Assembly: GCA_963716255.1 (NCBI GenBank)
Contig: OY970303.1
Coordinates: forward strand, 3,904,001-3,968,000
From: an uncultured Gemmatimonadales bacterium
GTDB taxonomy: Bacteria > Gemmatimonadota > Gemmatimonadetes > Longimicrobiales > Longimicrobiaceae
Reading direction: 5' to 3'
DNA: 64,000 bases
Below, one piece after another: positions 36,756 through 46,803 of the stretch. The position numbers and the translations under genes were made by a program. Within the stretch, counting starts at the first letter, position 1. Every line of letters begins with the position of its first letter. The notes beneath the pieces are model-generated. The model saw nothing but the letters and a program-made list of their open reading frames with translations. It was not told where the DNA came from and did not search any database.

Positions 36756-37997
36756 ATGCTCACTGCTCGATTCCGTTCGTTCCACCTCGTGGCGGTCGCC
36801 GCGAGTTTCCTGGCCGCCCCCGCGGCCCACGCCCAGCAGACGACGCGCCTCCCCGAGCAGGACCGTGCGCTCGCCCTCCGCACCACCCCGGTGTTCGCCG
36901 TGGGGACCGCGGAGGGACGCGAGTACGAGATGTTCTCGCGCATCGAGCAGGTTGCGTTCGACCGCGCCGACAACCTGTACGTGCTGGACGGCGGCGGCAA
37001 TCGCGTGGTGGTGTTCGACCGCACGGGCAAGTACGTGCGGCAGTTCGGCAAGCAGGGCGGCGGGCCGGGCGAATTCCAGGCCCCGTTCGGGATGACCGTG
37101 CTGGCGGACGGCAGCGTGGCGGTGGCCGACCTGGCCGCCCGCACGTATTCGCTCTTCGGGGCGAACGGGCGGTACCAGCGCAGCGTCCCGTTCCTGGACG
37201 AATACATGCCCATGGCGCTGGGCAGCGGCGGCCTGGCCCCGCACCCGCGCGGCGGCGTGGTGACGGTGCTGCGGCAGATGCCCTCCATGAACGGGGGCTC
37301 GCGCAGCCAGACCCTCCAGTCCACCCCCCTCGTCTGGCAGAGCTTCGCGGCGGGGAGCCGGCCGGTGCGCCTCTTTGACGCGCCCACCCAGATCAACACC
37401 CAGACCCAGGGGAGCGGGCCCGGGCGGCAGCAGCAGCAGTCGGTCCGCATGAGCACGATGGTGTTCTCGCCGGCGGTCAACTGGGGGATGCTCCCGGGCG
37501 GCGACGTGGTGGTGTCGCACACCGACGGGTACACGCTCAAGGTGATGCGCAACGGGCAGCCGGTGCGCTACATCCAGCGCCCCGTGCGCGAGCGCCGCGT
37601 CACCGAGGCCGACCGTGAGCGGGCGCGGGAGCGCCGCCGCGAGCAGATGCGCACCGGCGAGGGGATGCGCCGGATCGTCACCGGGGGCGGGACCATGCCG
37701 CCCATTACGCCGCAGATGATGGAGGACCGCCTGCGCAACATGCAGTTCGCGGAGACGATTCCCGCCATCCAGAGCCTGCGGGTGGACGCCGCCGGACGCA
37801 TGTGGGTGGAGCGCACGGGCAGGGAGTGGGGCCAGCCGGGCCCCATCGACCTGATCGCCGCGAACGGCAGCTACCTGGGCACGGTGACCGGGCAGAGGCT
37901 CCCCGCCGCGTTCAGCGCCTCCGGCCGGGCGGCCTATATCGAGAAGGACGACGAGGGCGTGGAGCGGGTGGTGGTGCGGCAGGTGCCGAACCTCTGA
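36756..37997 (+). CDS. Secreted 6-bladed beta-propeller (NHL-like) protein
   Basis: Signal peptide (AHA); LYVLD...VVFDRTG...FGKQGGGPGEF. Confidence 0.85.
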   Translation: MLTARFRSFHLVAVAASFLAAPAAHAQQTTRLPEQDRALALRTTPVFAVGTAEGREYEMFSRIEQVAFDRADNLYVLDGGGNRVVVFDRTGKYVRQFGKQGGGPGEFQAPFGMTVLADGSVAVADLAARTYSLFGANGRYQRSVPFLDEYMPMALGSGGLAPHPRGGVVTVLRQMPSMNGGSRSQTLQSTPLVWQSFAAGSRPVRLFDAPTQINTQTQGSGPGRQQQQSVRMSTMVFSPAVNWGMLPGGDVVVSHTDGYTLKVMRNGQPVRYIQRPVRERRVTEADRERARERRREQMRTGEGMRRIVTGGGTMPPITPQMMEDRLRNMQFAETIPAIQSLRVDAAGRMWVERTGREWGQPGPIDLIAANGSYLGTVTGQRLPAAFSASGRAAYIEKDDEGVERVVVRQVPNL

Positions 37998-38194
37998 GCC
38001 CGAAACCTCCGGCCGCTTCCCCGCGTAGGGAAGCACGAAGGCCGGAGCGGGATCGTGGGACCACGACGGCGGGCGGCGTTCCGGGGGGGGCGCCGTTCCG
38101 CCGTTGTGTTTTTTCCGGATGGGGGTTAGATGTGCGGGGATCGTTCCGCCGTCCGGCGCCCCCGCCGGACGGGACCCGCCAAGCGAGGTGCCCG

Positions 38195-39127
38195 GTGCGC
38201 ACACCCAGTCCTTGTCGCCGACCCGCGGCCCTCGCCGCCCTCCTCCTCTGCGCCGCCTCCACGGCGCCGCTCGCCGCGCAGGCGCCTTCGGACTCCGTGC
38301 CGCACCGCGTGTACGACGCGCGGGCCGGGCGGTGGACGGACCTGGGCAGGGTGGCCGACGCCCTCGCCGCGGCGGAGGTGGCGTTCGTGGGGGAGCAGCA
38401 CGACGACGCCGGCACGCACCGGCTCCAGCGGGCGCTGCTGGAGGCGCTGGCGGAGCGGCGGGAGCGGGTGGTGGTGGCGATGGAGATGCTCGAGCGGGAC
38501 GTGCAGCCGCTGCTGGACCGCTACCTGGCCGGGGAGGCCGCGGAGGCGGAGTTCCTCGCCGGCTCGCGGCCGTGGCCCAACTACGCGGCCGACTACCGGC
38601 CGCTGGTGGAGCTCGCCCGGGCGCGCCGCTGGCCGGTGGTGGCCGGCAACGTCCCCCGGCGGATCGCGGCGGCGGTGTCGCGCGCCGGCTCGGACACGCT
38701 CGCGTCGCTGCCGGCGGGGGAGCGCTCCTGGGTCGCCGCCGAGCGCGACTGCCCCCGCGACGCTTACCACGACCTGTTCGCCGCGCAGATGCGGGCCCAC
38801 CCCATGCCCGGCTCGGCCGCGGAGCAGGCCGCCGCGACGGAGCGCTTCTACCTGGCGCAGTGCGCCAAGGACGAGACCATGGCGGAGTCGGTGGCGCGCG
38901 CCCTGGAGCGGTACGGGCCGGGGGCGCTGGTGGTCCACTTCAACGGCGCCTTCCACACGGACCGCCGTCTGGGCATCGTCCCGCGGGTGGAGCGGCGGGC
39001 GCCCGGCGCGCGCGTGCTGGTGGTCTCCGCCGTCCCCGTGCCGGAGCCGGACCTCGTGGACCCCGCGGAGTTCCGGGACCGCGGCGACTTCATCCTCTTC
39101 ACCCGCCGACCGCCCCCCGAGCGCTGA
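38195..39127 (+). CDS. ChaN family (heme/iron-associated) exported protein
   Basis: Motifs GEQHD, AMEM, YRPLVE, AQCAKDETMA and NGAFH. Confidence 0.85.
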   Translation: MRTPSPCRRPAALAALLLCAASTAPLAAQAPSDSVPHRVYDARAGRWTDLGRVADALAAAEVAFVGEQHDDAGTHRLQRALLEALAERRERVVVAMEMLERDVQPLLDRYLAGEAAEAEFLAGSRPWPNYAADYRPLVELARARRWPVVAGNVPRRIAAAVSRAGSDTLASLPAGERSWVAAERDCPRDAYHDLFAAQMRAHPMPGSAAEQAAATERFYLAQCAKDETMAESVARALERYGPGALVVHFNGAFHTDRRLGIVPRVERRAPGARVLVVSAVPVPEPDLVDPAEFRDRGDFILFTRRPPPER

Positions 39128-39171
39128 CGGCGCGCCGCCTCCGTCCCCCTCCCGCACTTCCGCACTTCCCC

Positions 39172-39856
39172 TCAGCACCACGGGGCGAACCGCCGCGTCA
39201 GGTCGGCGGGGCGCTCGAACGTCCAGTCCGGCTCCAGCGCGCGGACCTCCTCCAGGAAGCGCTCCCGCTCGCCGGGGGCGTCCTTGGGCCAGAGCGCCGC
39301 GGCCACGCGGGTCCCCGCCGCGCGGCCGGCGCGCAGGTCCCCGGCGGAGTCCCCCACGTACACGGCGGCCCCCGGCGCCAGGCCGAGCGCGCCCAGCGCG
39401 GCGAGCACCCCCTCCGGGTCGGGCTTGGGGGCGCGCACGTCGTCCTCGGTGACCACCACGTCGAAGCGGCCCAGCTCCAGCGCGGCCGCCGTGATTGCCC
39501 AGGCGCGGCGTCCCTTGCCGGTGACGATCCCCAGCCGCATCCCCGCGGCCCGCAGCGCCGCCAGCATCTCCCGCACCCCCTCGTACATCCCCTCGCCCAG
39601 CGCGCCGTGCAGCGCCGCGTAGTGCTCCAGCATGGCGGCGTGGCATTCCGCCACCCGCTCGGCGCCGATCCACTCCGCCAGGAAGCCGCGCTCCGCCGAG
39701 GGGCGCCGCGCCACGATCTCCTCGTCCGTGGGCGCATAGCCCAGCCGCGGCGCGAGGGCGCGGCGGTAGCTTTCCAGGTACAGCCGGTACGTGTCGATGA
39801 GCGTGCCGTCCAGGTCGAAGAGGACGGCGCGCGGGCTTTCGGCGGCTATCGTCATG
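39172..39856 (-). CDS. HAD-family hydrolase
   Basis: Motifs FDLDGTLIDT, KPDPEG and VGDS. Confidence 0.92.
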
Positions 39857-39963
39857 CTGTTCATCATCAACAGGATGAGCATCGCCCGCCGACCGCTACC
39901 GTGCGATGAGCGCGCGCGAGGCGATCAAGGTGACGGTCGAACTCTGAAAGGCCCGCCGCCGCG

Positions 39964-40875
39964 TCAGCGCTCCGGCGGGTGTCCCTGCTTCTGGAGGAGC
40001 AGGTAGTCGATGAGCGCGCGCAGCGCCGGCGACGCCTGCCTCCGCGCCGGGTAGTAGAGATAGAACCCGGGGAACGGCGTGGAGAACTCCTCGAGCACCG
40101 CGACGAGCTCCCCCCGCTCGACGTAGGGCCGGACGAGATCCTCCCTTCCCAGGGCGAGCCCGACGCCGGCGGCCGCGAGGCGGATGTTGAGGGCCGAGTC
40201 GTTGGTGAGCACCCGGGCATCGAAGGCCACCGAGAAGTCGTGCCCGTCCTCGGTGAACTCCCAGCGGTAGGGAGCCTCGCCCGGACCCGAGCGCCAGTTG
40301 ATGCAGGCGTGCGCCGGGAGGTCGCGCGGATGCGCCGGCACCGGGTGGTGCGCGAAGTACGCCGGGGCACCGACGACGACGAGCCGCATCCGCCGCGACA
40401 CCGGGACGGTGATCATGTCCTGGTCGATCACCTCCCCCAGCCGGACGCCCGCGTCGTATCCCTCCGCCACGATGTCCGCGGGCTCGTCGCTCAGGATGAG
40501 GTCCGCGCGGATGTCGGGGTAGCGGGCCAGGAACCCGCCGAGCGTCGCCCCGCTGAGGAAGCTTTCCGCGGAGCCGGACACGTTGAGCCGCAGCGTGCCC
40601 CGGGGCTGGCCGGCCATCTCCCCGACCACCCGGACCGCCGCCCGCACCTCGTCCAGGGCGGGGCGCACGACCGCGTACAGCCGCTCGCCGGCCTCGGTCA
40701 GGCGGACGCTGCGCGTGGTCCGCTGCACCAGCGCGACTCCGAGCCGCTCTTCCAGCCGCCGGAGCGCCTGGCTCACCGCCGCGCCGCTCACGCCGAGCTG
40801 CTTGCCGGCAGCGCGGAACCCTTTCGCGTCCGCCACCGCCACGAACATCGCGATCCCGTCCAAAGGGTCGTTCAT
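39964..40875 (-). CDS. LysR-family transcriptional regulator
   Basis: HTH AVSQALRRLEERLG..RTTRSV.LT; DAGVRLGE. Confidence 0.93.
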   Translation of the reverse strand: MNDPLDGIAMFVAVADAKGFRAAGKQLGVSGAAVSQALRRLEERLGVALVQRTTRSVRLTEAGERLYAVVRPALDEVRAAVRVVGEMAGQPRGTLRLNVSGSAESFLSGATLGGFLARYPDIRADLILSDEPADIVAEGYDAGVRLGEVIDQDMITVPVSRRMRLVVVGAPAYFAHHPVPAHPRDLPAHACINWRSGPGEAPYRWEFTEDGHDFSVAFDARVLTNDSALNIRLAAAGVGLALGREDLVRPYVERGELVAVLEEFSTPFPGFYLYYPARRQASPALRALIDYLLLQKQGHPPER

Positions 40876-40982
40876 TGTAAACGACACGTTATCATGCTGG
40901 TAAGCGCTGTCAAGTTTATCCGCCGGCCATCTTCCCGTAGCTTGGTTGAACCGAAACGGTCCCCGCGGAAAAGGAAACGACA

Positions 40983-41870
40983 ATGACCGCAAGCAGTCCC
41001 GTGATCGCGCTGAACAACGGCGTCCGGATGCCCGCCCTGGGGCTCGGCGTCTTCCAGAGCAGCCCGGAGGAGACGGCCGGCGCGGTCGAGGCCGCGATCG
41101 CCGGCGGGTACCGGCTCATCGACACCGCCGCTGCCTACTTCAACGAGCGCGAGGTCGGGGAGGGGATCCGGAAGAGCGGCATCGAGCGCTCGGAGGTGTT
41201 CATCGAGACCAAGCTCTGGATCACCGACTACGGCTACGACGCCGCGCTGCACGCGTTCGACAAGAGCGTCGGGAAGCTCGGCGTCGACCAGCTCGACCTG
41301 CTGCTCCTCCATCAGCCGCTCGGGTCGGCCTTCGACCGCACGCTCGACGCCTACCGGGCGCTCGAAACGCTTCTGGCCGACGGCCGGGTGCGCGCGATCG
41401 GCGTGAGCAACTTCATGCCGGGGCACCTCGACCGCCTGCTGGCCGAGACGACCGTCGTGCCCGCCGTGAACCAGGTCGAGGTGCATCCGTACTTCCAGCA
41501 GGCCGCGCTGCAGCGCCTGCACGCCCGGCACGGCATCCTGACCCAGGCCTGGTCGCCCATCGGCGGCATCACCTCATACCGGGGTGCCGGGCGGAGCGCG
41601 TTCGAGGACCCCACGCTGCTCGGGATCGGGCGCCGGCACGGCAGGTCGGCCGCCCAGGTGATGCTGCGCTGGCACCTGCAGCAGGGTCGCTCCGCCATCC
41701 CCAAGTCGGTCAGGGCGGCCCGCATCGCCGAGAACTTCGACGTGTTCGGCTTCGAGCTTTCCGGCGAGGAGCTGGCCGCGATCGACGCGCTCGACACCGG
41801 AGCCCGCGGCGGGCCGGAGCCCGACAGCATCACCCTCGACAACTACGGCATCGCCATCCCCGAGACGTGA
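40983..41870 (+). CDS. Aldo/keto reductase (DkgA-like)
   Basis: Motifs IDTAAAY.NE, IGVSNF, NQVEVHP and IPKS. Confidence 0.93.
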   Translation: MTASSPVIALNNGVRMPALGLGVFQSSPEETAGAVEAAIAGGYRLIDTAAAYFNEREVGEGIRKSGIERSEVFIETKLWITDYGYDAALHAFDKSVGKLGVDQLDLLLLHQPLGSAFDRTLDAYRALETLLADGRVRAIGVSNFMPGHLDRLLAETTVVPAVNQVEVHPYFQQAALQRLHARHGILTQAWSPIGGITSYRGAGRSAFEDPTLLGIGRRHGRSAAQVMLRWHLQQGRSAIPKSVRAARIAENFDVFGFELSGEELAAIDALDTGARGGPEPDSITLDNYGIAIPET

Positions 41871-41881
41871 GGCGACCGGAC

Positions 41882-43029
<1,148 letters not shown>

Positions 43030-43042
43030 CGAGGACGAGATC

Positions 43043-43768
43043 ATGACACCAGCAGTGCAGCGCCCGCGCGTGATCTGCCACATGGCCGCGTCGGTGGACG
43101 GGCGCATCGTCGTGGACGGCTGGCCCGCCTCGGCGGCGGTGCGCCGCGAGTACGAGCAGGTGCACGCCGCCTACCGGCCCGACGGGTGGATCTGCGGCCG
43201 CGTGACCATGGAGCCGTTCGCCGGAGGCGTCCGCCCCGAGAGCGAGGTCGCGCGGGAGGAGCACGGCGGCGGGCCGCGCGAGGACTTCCGCGCGCCCGGC
43301 GAGCACGGGTCCTTCGCCTTCGCGATCGATCCCCGCGGGCGGCTCGCCTGGGAGTCCAGCGACATCGACGGCGACCACGTCGTCGCGATCCTCTCGGAGC
43401 GCGTGTCCGACGAATACCTCGCCGCCCTCCGGGAGCGCGGCGTGTCGTACCTCCTGGCCGGGGTGCGCGACGTCGACCTGGCGCTCGCGCTGGAAAAGGT
43501 CGGGGCGCGCTTCGGCGTGCGCACGCTGATGCTGGAGGGCGGCGGGCGCATCAACGGCGGGATGCTGCGCGCGGGGCTGGTCGACGAGGTGAGCCTGCTC
43601 GTCGCGCCGGTGGCGGACGGACGCATGGGTACGCCCGCGCTCTTCGACGTGGACGGCGACGACGTGGCGCCGTGCCGGCTCGCGCTGGAGGCGGTGGAGC
43701 GGCGGGCGGACGACATCCTGTGGCTGCGCTACCGGGTGGAGACGCCCGATGCTCCGTCCGCGTCCTGA
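43043..43768 (+). CDS. RibD C-terminal/dihydrofolate reductase family protein
   Basis: Motifs HMAASVDGRI, LEGGG.ING and LVDEVSL. Confidence 0.88.
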   Translation: MTPAVQRPRVICHMAASVDGRIVVDGWPASAAVRREYEQVHAAYRPDGWICGRVTMEPFAGGVRPESEVAREEHGGGPREDFRAPGEHGSFAFAIDPRGRLAWESSDIDGDHVVAILSERVSDEYLAALRERGVSYLLAGVRDVDLALALEKVGARFGVRTLMLEGGGRINGGMLRAGLVDEVSLLVAPVADGRMGTPALFDVDGDDVAPCRLALEAVERRADDILWLRYRVETPDAPSAS

Positions 43769-43800
43769 GCCGGCACGGAACGGCTCGTGACTGCGGGGGC

Positions 43801-43929
43801 GGGCGTGCCCCCGGCTGCGCCGGGGTCGGGCTTCGGCTCCGTAACGCAGCAAACAACGCTGCGTAACGGAGTCGAGCCCCGCGAAACTGCCCGCGGGTCT
43901 CGCCCCTTCGGGCCGAAATCCCTCACGCG
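43801..43929 (+). repeat. Family A element, copy 10
   Basis: Full match; 32 bp after the RibD-like stop. Confidence 0.95.
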
Positions 43930-44006
43930 GGCTCCGGCGCGGCCGCGGCATCCGGCCGGCCCGACTCACACCGATTCCGTGCGAGGCCGAGGATGCCGGA
44001 CGCGCA

Positions 44007-44037
44007 AGGGGCCGTGGTCCACCGGACCACGGCCCCT
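44007..44037 (-). terminator. Hairpin downstream of the lipoprotein gene
   Basis: AGGGGCCGTGGTCC-ACC-GGACCACGGCCCCT; weak U tail. Confidence 0.55.
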
Positions 44038-44062
44038 CGCGCCGTCCCGACCTGCCTGGCCG

Positions 44063-44494
44063 CTACTTGGGCGCGCTCACCACCTTGGCGCTCCACGGGC
44101 AGAAGATGCGCGCCTCGGCGATCCACTTGCCCACGTTCTTCTGCACGAAGCTCGGGCGGCCGTCGCACAGCTCCATGGCCGCGTCCGGCACCTCGATGCT
44201 GGCCGGGTCCAGGTGCCACCCCCACGGCGCGTTGAAGCCGCCGTCGCCCTGCACCACCTCGCCCAGGATCACGCTCACCTCGCCGCTCTGCTGGCGCGCC
44301 GTGAGCGCCGCCACCGCCGCCGGGTCCGTGGCGCGGACGTAGAACCGCTCGCCCGCCACCTCCACCAGGAAGGCGTCGCGGTCGTCCTCCTCGCCGGTGG
44401 GAGAGCTTTCGCACCCGGCCAGGAGGGCCAGCCCGCACGCCAGCCCCGCGGCGGCCGCCCTCCACCTCGCCGGAAATCGGGAGATCCTCGCCAT
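44063..44494 (-). CDS. Lipoprotein, BP74-related domain
   Basis: Lipobox LAGC; PWGWHLDP...ELCDGRP...FCPW. Confidence 0.7.
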   Translation of the reverse strand: MARISRFPARWRAAAAGLACGLALLAGCESSPTGEEDDRDAFLVEVAGERFYVRATDPAAVAALTARQQSGEVSVILGEVVQGDGGFNAPWGWHLDPASIEVPDAAMELCDGRPSFVQKNVGKWIAEARIFCPWSAKVVSAPK

Positions 44495-44614
44495 GTTCCT
44501 CTCCGCACTGCGTGGGCGCCTCGCGCCGGAACGGTCCGGGCGGGGCCGAAGGCACACGGCCCGCCCGCGACGAGCGGCGGGGCCGCAGAATGGACGACCG
44601 GGGCCGGCCCCGCG

Positions 44615-45796
44615 TCACACTCCGGTGGAGCGGCCGCGACCGCCGGGCCGTCCTGATACTCCGGACCCCGTGCTTCCGTTCTCTCCCGCCCACTGCCACG
44701 CCGTCCCCTCGTGCAGCGCCGCGTAGACGGCGTCGCGCAGCTCGTTCGCCTCCTCGGCGGTGAGGGTGCGCGCCAGGTCGCGGATCACCAGGCGTACCAG
44801 CACGTTCTTCTGGCCGGGGAGGATCCCCAGGCGCTCCGCGGCGGCGGGCGGGAGCGCCTCGCCGGCCGTCTCGGACAGCACCTCCACCGCCTCCAGTGCC
44901 CCGGCCCGCGCGCCGAGCGCCTGGCGCACCCGGTCGCCGATCTCCTCCGCGGTGCGGCCGGGCGCGGTCGCCACCGACAGGTCGCGGCGCACGGCCGGCT
45001 GGTGGGACACGGGGCGCCAGGGAGCCAGGTCCAGCATCTGCGCGGCGACGCGGGGATCCTCCGAGCGGAGGAGGCGGATGTCGTCGATCCCCTTGGCCAG
45101 CATCAGCAGCCGGTCCAGCCCCAGCCCCATCGCCAGGCCGGCGTGCCGCCGCGGGTCCAGCCCCGCCTCCGCGAGCAGGGCGGGGAGCGCCAGGCCGCAC
45201 TCGCCCACCTCCACCCACCGCGCGCCGTCGCGCACCTCGATCTCCAGCCCGCGCAGCGTGTAGGGGTGCTCGGAGGGGTTGCAGCGGAGCGCGGCCCCGG
45301 GGAGGGCGGCGCCCACCGCCGCGTCCACCATCTCCCGGAGCGCGTCCGTGCCCAGCGGCCGCTCCGCCACGCGCCACAGGTCGGCCTGGTGCGGCTCGCC
45401 CACGTGCAGCCGGTCGATGGCGTCGCGGCGGTACACCAGCCCGGGGCAGACCAGGAGCACGTCCGCGGGCGGGTCGTCCGCCAGCAGCCGCAGGGCGGGC
45501 GGGACCATCGCGGTGGTGCTGGTGCGCAGCAGGGTGTTCGGGCCCACGTAGCGGGTGTGCCGCGCGTCGCGGGCGGCGCCGCCGGGCGGGTAGTGGAGGC
45601 GGTCGTAGTTGTCCGCCACGGACACCACGGGGTCCGCGCGGTGGGTGCGGACGGCGCAGCCCCACCGGGCGGACAGGGCGCCCGTCACGCGCCCCAGCAG
45701 GAGCTGCATGGCGTGCGGGCCGCGGGCGGGGTCGGTGAGGTCGCGCAGCTCCAGCGCGCGGCGGAGCGCTTCGGGAGTCGGGGTCGCGGGGTGCAT
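44615..45796 (-). CDS. PheRS-related ligase (PheS-like core plus FDX-ACB domain; SrmL-like)
   Basis: Motifs LLRTSTTA, PGLVYRRD.IDR.H...HQ, EVGECG, MGLGLDRL.ML..GIDDIRLL and RRDLS...RTLT.EEAN. Confidence 0.8.
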   Translation of the reverse strand: MHPATPTPEALRRALELRDLTDPARGPHAMQLLLGRVTGALSARWGCAVRTHRADPVVSVADNYDRLHYPPGGAARDARHTRYVGPNTLLRTSTTAMVPPALRLLADDPPADVLLVCPGLVYRRDAIDRLHVGEPHQADLWRVAERPLGTDALREMVDAAVGAALPGAALRCNPSEHPYTLRGLEIEVRDGARWVEVGECGLALPALLAEAGLDPRRHAGLAMGLGLDRLLMLAKGIDDIRLLRSEDPRVAAQMLDLAPWRPVSHQPAVRRDLSVATAPGRTAEEIGDRVRQALGARAGALEAVEVLSETAGEALPPAAAERLGILPGQKNVLVRLVIRDLARTLTAEEANELRDAVYAALHEGTAWQWAGENGSTGSGVSGRPGGRGRSTGV

Positions 45797-45854
45797 GGGT
45801 ATCTCTCTCGGGCTCGTGTCCGGGGGAGCCGGGGCGGAGTGCCCCGGCGCGCAG

Positions 45855-45892
45855 GAAAACGAAAGACCCCCCGGACCGGAGTCCGGGGGGCC
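45855..45892 (-). terminator. Leader (attenuator) terminator
   Basis: GGCCCCCCGGAC-UCCG-GUCCGGGGGGUC-UUUCGUUUU, about 60 nt upstream of the ligase start. Confidence 0.8.
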
Positions 45893-45928
45893 TGGCCGCC
45901 TGCGCCACGCCGAAGAGGTTGTCCGCGC

Positions 45929-46012
45929 TTATGTCGCGCGCGCGCACGCCTCCCACGCCCCGGACCGGTTCGGGGGGCGGATAAATCGGCGGGTGTGCGG
46001 CGCGTGCGTCAC
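45929..46012 (-). CDS. Putative leader peptide MTHAPHTRRFIRPPNRSGAWEACARAT
   Basis: GGAG 8 nt before GTG; contains the anti-terminator sequence GUCCGGGG. Confidence 0.55.
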   Translation of the reverse strand: MTHAPHTRRFIRPPNRSGAWEACARAT

Positions 46013-46045
46013 GGCGGCGGCTCCGGGAAAGGGTGTGCCGCACCC

Positions 46046-46073
46046 AAGATAACCGCCGGCGCAGGTTTTTCAA
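46046..46073 (-). promoter_or_regulatory. Sigma70-type promoter for the leader/PheRS-like gene
   Basis: TTGAAA-N16-TATCTT. Confidence 0.55.
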
Positions 46074-46212
46074 ACCTTCGCCGCCCGCGGGGCGGGCGTG
46101 CAAGAAGGCCCTTGATGAACGGACGGCTCGCGCGCAAACTTGCGATCGGGGGACGGATCCCCCACGCCCCGTCCGCCGCCCCGCCCGTCCGGCTCCCCGC
46201 GGAGGTGCCCCC

Positions 46213-46794
46213 ATGCAGCCGTTTCCCCAGCCGATCCTCCCCGCCGAGGTCACCGGGCTCCTGCGCGCCGCGGGGGACGGCGACCGCGGGGCCTTCGACC
46301 GGCTGTTCCCGCTGGTGTACGCCGAGCTGCGCGCCCTGGCCGACCGGCAGCTGCGCGGCGAGGCCGTGGGGCACACGCTGCAGGCCACCGCCCTGGTCCA
46401 CGAGGCGTACCTCAAGCTGGCCGCGCCGGACGGCGCCGCGGCGTGGAGCGACCGGGCCCACTTCTTCGGCATCGCCTCGCGGGCCATGCGGCAGGTGCTG
46501 GTGGACCACGCGCGCCGGCGCCGGGCGGACAAGCGGGGCGGCGCCTGGTCGCGCACCACCCTTTCGGACAAGCCGCTGGCGCTGGACGCCGACCCCGAGG
46601 AGCTGCTGGCGCTCGACGCCGCGCTGGAGGGGCTGGAGCCCCGGCAGCGCGAGATCGTGGAGATGCGCTTCTTCGGCGGGATGACCGAGGAGGAAGTGGC
46701 GGCGGTGCTCGGCGTTTCCGACCGCACCGTGCGGCGCGAGTGGGTCAAGGCGCGCGCCTGGCTCTACGACGCGCTCTACCCGGACGCCGGGTGA
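46213..46794 (+). CDS. ECF-type sigma factor (kinase-associated type)
   Basis: Motifs VYAELRALA, HTLQATALVHEAYLKL and RTVRREW..ARAWL. Confidence 0.92.
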   Translation: MQPFPQPILPAEVTGLLRAAGDGDRGAFDRLFPLVYAELRALADRQLRGEAVGHTLQATALVHEAYLKLAAPDGAAAWSDRAHFFGIASRAMRQVLVDHARRRRADKRGGAWSRTTLSDKPLALDADPEELLALDAALEGLEPRQREIVEMRFFGGMTEEEVAAVLGVSDRTVRREWVKARAWLYDALYPDAG

Positions 46795-46803
46795 GGAGGG
46801 GCC

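Noticed and set aside
44615..45796. Canonical pheS
   Set aside because: There is no adjacent pheT, no N-terminal coiled coil, a fused FDX-ACB domain and divergent motifs.
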